In this document: piece after piece, positions 39,635-46,908 of the stretch
Numbering within the stretch: the stretch's first letter is position 1
Layout of the letters: each line of letters starts with the position of its first letter
Assembly: GCA_964487785.1 (NCBI GenBank)
Contig: CAZASU010000001.1
Location: forward strand, 10,633 to 74,632
Reading direction: 5' to 3'
DNA: 64,000 bases
Origin: an uncultured Gemmatimonadaceae bacterium
GTDB lineage: Bacteria > Gemmatimonadota > Gemmatimonadetes > Gemmatimonadales > GWC2-71-9
Position numbers and translations under genes: made by a program
The notes under the pieces: generated by a model
Seen by the model: the letters and a program-made list of their open reading frames with translations, nothing else
The model's database searches: none
What the model was told of the DNA's origin: nothing

Positions 39635-40035
39635 GCGGCAGCGAAGGAGCTGCCATGGGTGCAGGCCGCACGACGATCTTGATCGTCGAGGATAACCCAT
39701 TAAATCTTGAGCTCGTCACCGACCTGCTCACCCTGGAAGGCTACTCGATCCGCCAGGCACGCACGGCCGAGGAGGGCCTGCGCCTTGCTCGAGCAGAGCC
39801 GCCCGGCCTCATTCTTATGGATCTTCGGCTGCCGGGCATCGACGGCTATGCCGCCCTTCGTGCTCTTAGAGCGGATCCGCATACCAGTCGAGTCCCCATA
39901 GTAGCCCTGACCGCCCAAGCTATGAGCGGGGACGAAGCGGCAGCGCTCGCGGCTGGATTCGATGCGTACATCGCAAAACCGATCGACGCCCGCACCTTTG
40001 CGAAAACCGTGGCTCGCGCGCTTAAGCTCGGCTGA
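39631..40035 (+). CDS. CheY-like single-domain response regulator
   Basis: ILIVEDNPLNLEL...LILMDLRLPGIDG...YIAKPID. It overlaps the kinase stop by 4 nt. Confidence 0.85.
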   Translation: MSGSEGAAMGAGRTTILIVEDNPLNLELVTDLLTLEGYSIRQARTAEEGLRLARAEPPGLILMDLRLPGIDGYAALRALRADPHTSRVPIVALTAQAMSGDEAAALAAGFDAYIAKPIDARTFAKTVARALKLG

Positions 40036-40280
40036 GCTGGTTAGTAAGTCGAACTGTCTAACTGAGGCGGATTAGGCGGTTGGAAGTTATCGGATCTCGG
40101 AGCGTCGTCCAGAGTCAGCGGCGGACGTGCGCGTTTAGCGGCAAGCAACGACCGCATATACGACCCAACCCTGTCTCTCACCTTCTTTTTATCGGCAAAC
40201 CCTGTGGCCGCAACCGTTATCTGCCCACGTTGCCATGCGGTGGTTGCTTGGACCGATCAGGAGTGGAATGCGGCCGAGCA

Positions 40281-40450
40281 GGCCTGCGTCGGCTGCTCAC
40301 CCAGCTGGACCACGCCGCCGGCCGTCGGGGGTGGCCGCCATGGGTGGCTGGGTGGACACCACCACGCTGCAGAAGGTCTACCAGGTGGCGGACGCGGACA
40401 CGATGGAATCGGTGGTCCTGCAACCGAAGCGGCTCCGGAAGCTGGGCTAG
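40281..40450 (+). pseudogene. Tyrosine recombinase/integrase C-terminal remnant (frameshifted, N-terminal ~300 aa missing)
   Basis: GLRRLLTQLDHAAG in one frame is followed in another frame by VAAMGGWVDTTTLQKVYQVADADTMESVVLQPKRLRKLG. This has the layout of the R...(H/W)...Y catalytic tail of tyrosine integrases and ends 130 nt before the distal repeat. Confidence 0.5.
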
Positions 40451-40579
40451 AGGGTGTGATAAGTGTGTGATACTTTGGATGCGGAAACGGCGGTATTGGC
40501 CGGCTGGTGGTACGGGAAACGCTCGGCTAAGTGGCTGATCTAGCGAGGGGAAGCGGTACCTGCCTCTGCTGCCGTGTGA

Positions 40580-40622
40580 ACTTTGGATCCGTTAATGGTG
40601 GTTCGAATCCACCAGGGCCAAT
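40580..40622 (+). repeat. Direct repeat / putative attR (orphan 3' fragment of tRNA-Gln)
   Basis: A 43-nt copy of 28992-29034 with one mismatch. No matching tRNA 5' half lies upstream. Confidence 0.75.
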
Positions 40623-40658
40623 GGTTATTGATGCTGAGAGCAGCTGACTGGCGCGCCC

Positions 40659-40958
40659 TCAACAGCTCGGCGCTGAATCGAGGCTGATCGGCACCATCTG
40701 CTCCCCGACAAGTCCCCCATCCCCGGATGCGCTCGGCACCAGGTAGGCGCCGAGGCGCCCTTCCTCACAGCGGAACAGCACCGCGGGCTGCTCGACTTCA
40801 CCATCCGCCGCGGTTGCCGGGAAGACCGGGATCGTGTCCTGATCAAGGGCAGCGCCACTCAGGACCGGGGGTGCCGGCCAGGACTCCACATCAGGTCGAG
40901 CCGTTGGCCCCGAGCACCCCAGAAGGACCAAGAAGGACAGAAGCAAGCCTTGCCGCAC
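40659..40958 (-). CDS. Small hypothetical lipoprotein
   Basis: 99 aa with the lipobox LVLLGCSG. Confidence 0.45.
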   Translation of the reverse strand: MRQGLLLSFLVLLGCSGPTARPDVESWPAPPVLSGAALDQDTIPVFPATAADGEVEQPAVLFRCEEGRLGAYLVPSASGDGGLVGEQMVPISLDSAPSC

Positions 40959-41067
40959 AATTCCCCCATTTGACTTCGGTACAGTGAACGAAACAACCCC
41001 GGCGCCACCAACTCAGCGGCGGCGCCGAGGCTCTTGTCCCGTGACCGGCGGACCGCCGCCGACCCGC

Positions 41068-41802
41068 CTAGTTGCCGGTCGGCAACGCGGTCAGCGTCAT
41101 GACCATGTCGTCGAAGTCCTGGTCCACGCCATCCTCGTACGTGAGCACCCACTCGGGGTAGCTGCCGCTCACCCGCAGCTGCGGTGGATAGTTCAGGAGC
41201 GGCGCCACGACTTCAGCGCTGATCTCGGTGCCCGCGGGGAAGGCAGCGGCAAACACGAGCTGCTTACCCTGCTGCTCGTAGCAGCCGTCGTTGGTGAGCG
41301 TCTGGGTCGCCGGAGCCGTGACACGGAAGACGTTTCCGTGAGCTTCGCAGTTGCTGCTGTTCAGGACGACCTTGAAGCCGGCCTCCTGTTCCAGTCTCAG
41401 CGTACATTCGACGAACCCGCCTGGGGCCGAGCCATCGACGCACGAGAGGGACGTGACCGCCGGGAGGGTAGCCACGGCCTGATGTGAGACCGTCGAGGTT
41501 TCACCCTCGGCGTCCGTAACCGTCAGGCTGACGCTGTATGAGCCCGCACTGCCGTAGGTGTACACCGGGTGCCGCTCCGAAGACGAGCCCGCGTTTCCGA
41601 ACGACCACTGCCAGCCGGCGACGCCGGCATCATCGGTGCTCGCGTCCGTGAAGTCGCACCGGAGCGCCGCGCATTGCAAGGAGAACTTCGCGTCGGGGGC
41701 CTCGTTGCTCGGGCCGCTCGACTGATCCGGGCCGTCTGAGTCCTTGCAGGCCGTGGCCAGGCCCGCCCCAGCAAGTAGTGCCGCGAGCCAAATCGCTCTC
41801 AT
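41068..41802 (-). CDS. PKD-domain lipoprotein with a DUF4114-like C-terminal domain
   Basis: Lipobox GLATAC. One PKD repeat (CDFTDASTDDAGVAGWQWSFGN...YTYGSAGSYSVSLTVTDAEG). The C-terminus ...WVLTYEDGVDQDFDDMVMTL resembles the D-x-D-[FY]-N/D-D tail of DUF4114. Confidence 0.7.
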   Translation of the reverse strand: MRAIWLAALLAGAGLATACKDSDGPDQSSGPSNEAPDAKFSLQCAALRCDFTDASTDDAGVAGWQWSFGNAGSSSERHPVYTYGSAGSYSVSLTVTDAEGETSTVSHQAVATLPAVTSLSCVDGSAPGGFVECTLRLEQEAGFKVVLNSSNCEAHGNVFRVTAPATQTLTNDGCYEQQGKQLVFAAAFPAGTEISAEVVAPLLNYPPQLRVSGSYPEWVLTYEDGVDQDFDDMVMTLTALPTGN

Positions 41803-41866
41803 GGTGCGCCTCAGGGTGAAGTAGGGTTCGTTCGCGCTGCGGATCGGCCGCAGACTGCCGTCGTGC

Positions 41867-41892
41867 CCGCCGGAGGCTGTCCTCTCCGGCGG
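41867..41892 (-). promoter_or_regulatory. Hairpin (9-bp stem ccgccggag/ctccggcgg) upstream of the PKD gene at 41802
   Basis: Direct reading. It shares its stem sequence with the hairpin at 41957-41980. Confidence 0.3.
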
Positions 41893-41956
41893 TCACTGCA
41901 CTTCGGTCCTGCCAATCGACGTTTAGATCTTGTTTCTCTGGAGGTTCCTTCAGCCT

Positions 41957-41980
41957 CCGCCGGAGGAAATCCTCCGGCGG
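41957..41980 (-). terminator. Hairpin (10-bp perfect stem ccgccggagg/cctccggcgg, loop aaat) 27 nt downstream of the stop of 42007..43014
   Basis: Direct reading. There is no U-tract, so terminator function is inferred from position only. Confidence 0.35.
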
Positions 41981-42006
41981 TTACCGCATTCGAACTCTAC
42001 TAAGTC

Positions 42007-43014
42007 CTAGTTCGCCTGTACCGTCAGCACGATGTCGTTGTAGTCCGGCTCGCCCGCCCCAGTCGGATCTCCACCGTCGTCAAACTCGATGGTCCAAGTG
42101 GGGAAGGTGCCCGTCACCCGGGTAGCGGCCGGGCCCTTTACCGGGTCGCCTGGATCCGCGTTACCCTGCGTAAACTGCGCCGCGAGGCTGGTGTTATCCG
42201 GGAACGCCGCGCCGCCGTTGATGTTAAAGACGGTGCCCGGCGTCAGGCTGCAGCCATTAGAGAAGACCGTCTCCTGGATCGGGGCAGTGATGGCGAACGC
42301 ATTTCCGCTGAACTGGCAGTCAGACGCAGTCACGGTGATGGTAACGGTCGCCGGCGAGGTGAGGTCCAGCGTACAGTCCACCCCGGCGCACTCCAGGCCC
42401 GCCGGCGGATTGATGGTGACCGTCTGCGTGGAAACGTTGGTGGCACCGTTGTTGTCCGTCGCGGTGAGCGTGACGGTGAAATCGGTGACCGCGGTGACGG
42501 TATAGTTGTGGGTTGGATTTGCCAGAGCAGACGTGTTGTTGGCGCCGGAAGTCGGCTCGCCGAAGTCCCAGAGGTACGAGGCGATGGTGCCAGGTGCCGC
42601 GTCCGTGCTCGTGTTGGTGAAGGTGCAATTCCCGGCGTTGCAGCTGAAGGTGAACCCAGCCGTCGGCGGAGTGTTGCCTGCCACGACAGTCACCGCGACG
42701 GTTGCGGTATCCTTGAGGCTGGCTGCGTCGTTGACGATCAGTATGGCGGTGTAGGGACCGGCGGTCACGTAAGTGTGGGCCACATCCTCTGTTGTGCCGT
42801 GCGTGCTACCGTCGCCGAAGTTCCAATCCCAGCCGGTAACCGCGTTATCGTCGGTGCTGGCGTCGGCGAAAGTACACGCCGCGCCCGCGGTGCAACTCGG
42901 CGCGGTGAAGCTCGCCACCGGCGGAGTGTTGGTGCCAGTACCCCCATCGCCGCCGCAAGCCGAGCCCAGCACCAGCGCTCCAGTTACCGCAGCCAGCAAA
43001 CGCATTGATCGCAT
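42007..43014 (-). CDS. Triple-PKD lipoprotein with a DUF4114-like C-terminal domain
   Basis: Start chosen at MRSMRLLAAVTGALVLGSAC (lipobox). Three PKD-like repeats (FADASTDD..WDWNFGDG, FTNTSTD..YLWDFGE, ...). The C-terminus WTIEFDDGGDPTGAGEPDYNDIVLTVQAN is paralogous to that of 41068..41802. Confidence 0.72.
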   Translation of the reverse strand: MRSMRLLAAVTGALVLGSACGGDGGTGTNTPPVASFTAPSCTAGAACTFADASTDDNAVTGWDWNFGDGSTHGTTEDVAHTYVTAGPYTAILIVNDAASLKDTATVAVTVVAGNTPPTAGFTFSCNAGNCTFTNTSTDAAPGTIASYLWDFGEPTSGANNTSALANPTHNYTVTAVTDFTVTLTATDNNGATNVSTQTVTINPPAGLECAGVDCTLDLTSPATVTITVTASDCQFSGNAFAITAPIQETVFSNGCSLTPGTVFNINGGAAFPDNTSLAAQFTQGNADPGDPVKGPAATRVTGTFPTWTIEFDDGGDPTGAGEPDYNDIVLTVQAN

Positions 43015-43349
43015 AGAGTCTTCCAAGCCAAGAGTGACAGAATACCCACGGGAACCGGCGAACCTGCGCGCAGGACAGTGCGCGATCGATCGCCGGATGA
43101 GCCAGAGCCGTGCCAACCGCCGCCACACTGCTCGAGACCTTCGTGTCGCGCGCGCAACGATTGATCCCACATGGACCTAACCCACTGATCCCAGAAAGCA
43201 TCACAGCTGTGCGACAAACCCACAACTGTGGCGGGCGGCCCATACCCCGGCCGAGACATGGTAGCCCAACCGTCGTAGAAATGTGGTGATCCCCGCCACG
43301 TTGGCCGGCTCCGCCCCCGGTTGACGCGAGGCCCTTGGTCTGACTACGT

Positions 43350-44318
43350 TTGCGGGCTGTAACCATGACGGACCTGTCGCTGTCGCGCAGCCAGATGCTG
43401 CTCCTGAGCGGGTCGGCCAACCGCCCCCTTGCCGAAGAGGTGGCCGCCCATCTGGGGCAGCCTCTCTGCCAGGTCACGCTCCGGCGCTTCGCCGACGGCG
43501 AGATCTTCGTCAAGATCGACGAGAACGTCCGCGGCCGTGACGTCTACATCATCCAGCCGACCAACCCTCCGGCGGAGAACATGATGGAGCTGTTGCTCCT
43601 CATGGATGCCGCCAAGCGGGCGAGCGCGGCGCGGGTCACGTCGGTGATTCCCTACTTTGGGTACGCCCGGCAGGACCGGAAAGATCAGCCTCGCGTAGCG
43701 ATCAGCGCCAAGCTGATGGCGAACATGGTGTCGATGGCAGGGGCGGACCGGGTGCTCGCGATGGATTTCCATCAGCATCAGCTCCAGGGGTTCTTCGACT
43801 TGCCGGTGGATCACCTCTACGCCGCGCCGGTGTTCGTTAACCACTACCGGCAGAAGTCGCTGCGCGATCTCGTGATCGTTGCCCCCGATGTCGGCTCGGC
43901 CAAGATGGCCCGGGGTTTCGCCAAGCGGCTCAATGCGTCCCTGGCGATCATCGACAAGCGGCGTCCCTCGGCCAACATCGCCGAGGTGCTCAACGTGGTG
44001 GGCGAGGTCACCGGGAAGGATTGCATCATCCCGGACGATATGATCGATACCGCCGGCACCATGGCGGAGGCGGTGACGGCGTTGAAGCGGCTGGGGGCCG
44101 AGGACGTGTACTGCTGCGCCACCCACGCGCTCCTGTCGGGACCGGCAGTGGACCGGCTGATGGCCTCCGGGGTGAAAGAAGTGGCGGTCACCAACACGAT
44201 CGCCATTCCGCCCGAGCGGCGCTTCGATCGGTTAAAAGTGCTTTCAATAGCCGGGCTGCTCGCCAAGGCGATCGGCTACACCCACAGTGACCAGTCGGTG
44301 AGTTCGTTGTTTGATTAG
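43350..44318 (+). CDS. prs: Ribose-phosphate pyrophosphokinase
   Basis: LLSGSANRPLAEEVA, FADGE, RVTSVIPYFGYARQDRK and IIPDDMIDTAGT. The start may instead be the ATG at 43365. Confidence 0.92.
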   Translation: MRAVTMTDLSLSRSQMLLLSGSANRPLAEEVAAHLGQPLCQVTLRRFADGEIFVKIDENVRGRDVYIIQPTNPPAENMMELLLLMDAAKRASAARVTSVIPYFGYARQDRKDQPRVAISAKLMANMVSMAGADRVLAMDFHQHQLQGFFDLPVDHLYAAPVFVNHYRQKSLRDLVIVAPDVGSAKMARGFAKRLNASLAIIDKRRPSANIAEVLNVVGEVTGKDCIIPDDMIDTAGTMAEAVTALKRLGAEDVYCCATHALLSGPAVDRLMASGVKEVAVTNTIAIPPERRFDRLKVLSIAGLLAKAIGYTHSDQSVSSLFD

Positions 44319-44407
44319 TCGAAGGTCTAGAGTCTAGGGTCGAGGGTCTAATGCTCCTGCGGCCAGGACTCGTCGGATTCTAGACCCTAGACCCTAGACG
44401 CTAGACC
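44318..44407. repeat. Intergenic hairpin element with inverted arrays of GGTCTAG-type heptads
   Basis: The left arm ggtctagagtctagggtcgagggtcta and the reverse complement of the right arm (tctagaccctagaccctagacgctagacc) differ at 2 of 27 positions. The central loop is 28 nt. Confidence 0.7.
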
Positions 44408-44423
44408 ACTCGAAGGAACGACC

Positions 44424-45098
44424 ATGGCCCAACAAGCGAACCTCCAAGCCGCCACCCGGACCAACACAGGAAAGGGCGCGGCTCGCACCCTGCGGCGGCA
44501 GGGGAAGGTCCCCGGCGTCATCTACGGTCATAACCGTACGCCTGAAGCTCTGGCCATCGATACCGCGGCGCTCAACAAGATGCTGGTTGGAATCAGCGCT
44601 GGCACCACGGTTCTGGACGTCGTGGTCGACGGCCGGCCGGCGGTCAAGGCGCTCATCCGCGAGATCCAGCGCGACTCCGTCCGCCCCGCCGAGATCCTGC
44701 ATCTCGATCTCTATGAGGTGCGCGCGGACGAGAAGGTTACGCTGTCGGTGCCGGTCCACCTGATCGGCATACCGGACGGGGTTCGGAACTTCGGCGGGGT
44801 GCTGGACCACTCGCTGCGAGAGCTCGAGATCGAGGTCCTGCCGGCAGACATTCCGGAGCACGTGGAGCTGGATGTCACTAATCTGACGATCGGGCATTCG
44901 CTCTTCGTCCGCGACATCAGAATCGAGAAGGCCGAAATCCTCAACGAGCCCGATACCCCGGTCTGCACCGTGGTCGCGCCGCGGGCCGAAGAGGCGCCGG
45001 TGGTCGTCGAGGAAGTAGTCGCCCCGGTTGAACCGGAGCTGATCCGGAAGCCGAAGCCGGAGGGCGAGGACGAGGGCGAAGCCGAGTCGAAGGCCTAG
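44424..45098 (+). CDS. rplY: 50S ribosomal protein L25 / general stress protein Ctc form
   Basis: RTNTGKGAARTLRRQGKVPGVIYG, the beta-barrel core and an acidic C-terminal tail. Confidence 0.9.
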   Translation: MAQQANLQAATRTNTGKGAARTLRRQGKVPGVIYGHNRTPEALAIDTAALNKMLVGISAGTTVLDVVVDGRPAVKALIREIQRDSVRPAEILHLDLYEVRADEKVTLSVPVHLIGIPDGVRNFGGVLDHSLRELEIEVLPADIPEHVELDVTNLTIGHSLFVRDIRIEKAEILNEPDTPVCTVVAPRAEEAPVVVEEVVAPVEPELIRKPKPEGEDEGEAESKA

Positions 45099-45113
45099 GC
45101 TCTGCACACGATC

Positions 45114-45668
45114 GTGGGGCTGGGAAACCCCGGCCCGGAGTACGAGGACACCCGGCACAACGCCGGGTTCCGCCTCGCCGATCGACTGGTGGCTCGCTGG
45201 AAACTGGCACCGTTCCGCCGTGGCGATCGCGCTCGCGAAACCCAGGGGACCTGGCAAGGGCTGCCGGTCAGAGTTCTCAAGCCACAGACCTATATGAATC
45301 GAAGCGGAGCGGCCATCTCTCCGCTCCGCACCCTCGCCGGCTTCGATCCCAGCCAACATCTGCTCATTCTGGTGGACGACGTGGCCCTCCCGGTCGGGCG
45401 CTTTCGCTTGCGCGGAGCGGGGTCGGCCGGGGGCCATAATGGCCTCAAGAGCATCGAAGGCGTGCTGCAGCGTCAGGACTATGCCCGCCTGCGGATCGGG
45501 GTCGGTCTCGCCCCGCCCGGGCTCGATGACTTGGCGGACTTCGTGCTCGATGGGTTCAGTGCGGCGGAGCGCGACCAGATTACCGCCCTCCTCGATCCCA
45601 TGGGCGAAGCAGTGGAGTACTGGCTCGAGAATGGCATTGAAAAGGCTATGAATCAGTTCAATCGTTGA
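45114..45668 (+). CDS. pth: Peptidyl-tRNA hydrolase
   Basis: GLGNPGPEYEDTRHNAGF, PQTYMNRSG, GSAGGHNGLKS and RLRIGVG. Confidence 0.9.
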   Translation: MGLGNPGPEYEDTRHNAGFRLADRLVARWKLAPFRRGDRARETQGTWQGLPVRVLKPQTYMNRSGAAISPLRTLAGFDPSQHLLILVDDVALPVGRFRLRGAGSAGGHNGLKSIEGVLQRQDYARLRIGVGLAPPGLDDLADFVLDGFSAAERDQITALLDPMGEAVEYWLENGIEKAMNQFNR

Positions 45669-45688
45669 ATACAGTTGCGGCAACTAAC

Positions 45689-45784
45689 TCCACCACCAAG
45701 GGACACGACGGACATGAAGGTCAAGACAATTTCGCGATCGCCGGTCTCACGAACGTTGTGGTCCTTCGTGCCTTCGTGGTGAAG
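45689..45784. repeat. Imperfect intergenic inverted repeat with a ccttcgtg-type repeat arm
   Basis: The left arm ctccaccaccaagggacacgacggacatgaagg pairs imperfectly with the right arm cgttgtggtccttcgtgccttcgtggtgaag. Confidence 0.45.
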
Positions 45785-45797
45785 TAGTTAACGATCG

Positions 45798-46895
45798 ATG
45801 CTTCGCCTAGGAATTGTGGGACTCCCCAACGTCGGCAAGTCCACCCTGTTCAACGCCCTGACCTCCGCCAAGGCCCTGGTGGCGAACTATCCCTTTGCCA
45901 CCATCGAGCCGAATACCGGGATCGTCCAGGTTCCCGATCCCCGGCTGGATGCGCTGGCGAAGATCGTGAAGCCCGAGCGGACAGTCCCCGCCGTGGTCGA
46001 GTTTGTCGATATCGCCGGACTGGTAAAGGGGGCCAGCGAAGGTGAGGGCCTTGGCAACCAGTTTCTGGCCAATATCCGGGAGGTCGACGCGATCGTTCAC
46101 GTGGTGCGCTGCTTCGAGGACCCCGACGTGCAGCACGTCGTCGGGGCAGTGGATCCGGCCCGCGACCGCGAGATCATCAACATCGAGCTGGGTCTGGCCG
46201 ACCTGGCGAGCGTGGAGAAACGGCTGGACAAGGCCGGTCGGGCCGCCAAATCCGGCGATCCCCAGGCGAAGCTCGAGTTTCGGCTGCTGGAGCCGCTGCA
46301 GCATGAGCTGGCCGCCGGCAGGCCTGCCCGTGTGATCCAGCCGACCGAAGACGAGGCGGCGGCCTATCGCAGCTTTAGCCTGCTCACCGCCAAGCCGGTG
46401 CTCTATGCCGCCAACGTTCCCGAGGATGAGATCACCTCCGGCAACCGGTTCGTCGACGCGCTCAGAACCGCGCTGGAGCGCGAGCAGGAGACCGCCGAGG
46501 TCGTGACCTTTTCCGCCAAGGTGGAGGCCGAGCTGGCGGAGCTCGCCCCGGAGGACCGGAGCGAGTTTCTCGACTCGCTCGGCCTCAGCGAGTCGGGACT
46601 CGACCGCCTGGCTCATGCGGCCTACCACCTGCTGGGCCTCCAGAGCTACTTCACAGCAGGTGAGAAGGAGGTCCGCGCCTGGACCGTCCACCGGGGGGAC
46701 AAGGCGCCCGCCGCGGCCGGTGTGATCCACTCGGATTTCGAGAAGGGCTTCATTCGGGCGGAGACGGTGGCGTATGGCGACTTCGTTCGGGTGGGCGGCT
46801 GGAAGCCGGCAAGGGAACAGGGGCTGGCACGAGCCGAGGGGAAGGAATACGTGGTGCAGGATGGCGACGTGATGCTGTTCCGGTTCACGAGCTAG
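45798..46895 (+). CDS. ychF: Redox-regulated ATPase YchF
   Basis: GIVGLPNVGKSTLFNALT, FVDIAGLVKGASEGEGLGNQFL and C-terminal TGS-like FEKGFIRAE. Confidence 0.93.
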   Translation: MLRLGIVGLPNVGKSTLFNALTSAKALVANYPFATIEPNTGIVQVPDPRLDALAKIVKPERTVPAVVEFVDIAGLVKGASEGEGLGNQFLANIREVDAIVHVVRCFEDPDVQHVVGAVDPARDREIINIELGLADLASVEKRLDKAGRAAKSGDPQAKLEFRLLEPLQHELAAGRPARVIQPTEDEAAAYRSFSLLTAKPVLYAANVPEDEITSGNRFVDALRTALEREQETAEVVTFSAKVEAELAELAPEDRSEFLDSLGLSESGLDRLAHAAYHLLGLQSYFTAGEKEVRAWTVHRGDKAPAAAGVIHSDFEKGFIRAETVAYGDFVRVGGWKPAREQGLARAEGKEYVVQDGDVMLFRFTS

Positions 46896-46908
46896 CGGAG
46901 GACAAGTC

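Larger units (their letters stand above)
29035..40579 (+). mobile_element. Decayed integrative genomic island at tRNA-Gln
   Basis: Bounded by 43-nt direct repeats derived from the tRNA 3' end. It contains an integrase C-terminal remnant at 40281-40450 and several broken genes, and looks AT-richer than the flanks by eye. Confidence 0.6.

Noticed and set aside
40520-40622. Possible second tRNA-Gln gene.
   Set aside because: Only the 3' 43 nt (anticodon loop through acceptor 3' strand) are present. No acceptor 5' strand or D arm can be found upstream, so it is an att-type remnant rather than a gene.
41068-43014. Diversity-generating retroelement targeting the PKD / C-terminal domain proteins.
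   Set aside because: There is no reverse transcriptase, no template/variable repeat pair and no adenine-biased mismatches between the paralogs.
43171-43349. Sigma-70-like promoter (ttgacg ... tacgtt) in the divergent spacer upstream of prs.
   Set aside because: It is a single weak match in a high-GC spacer with 18-nt spacing. This is not enough evidence to annotate without TSS data.
44318-44407. CRISPR array or telomere-like repeat interpretation of the heptad arrays (also at 63579-63697 and 58492-58668).
   Set aside because: The units are 7 nt, contiguous and arranged as inverted arms around one core. There is no 25-40-nt repeat/spacer periodicity and there are no cas genes in the window.
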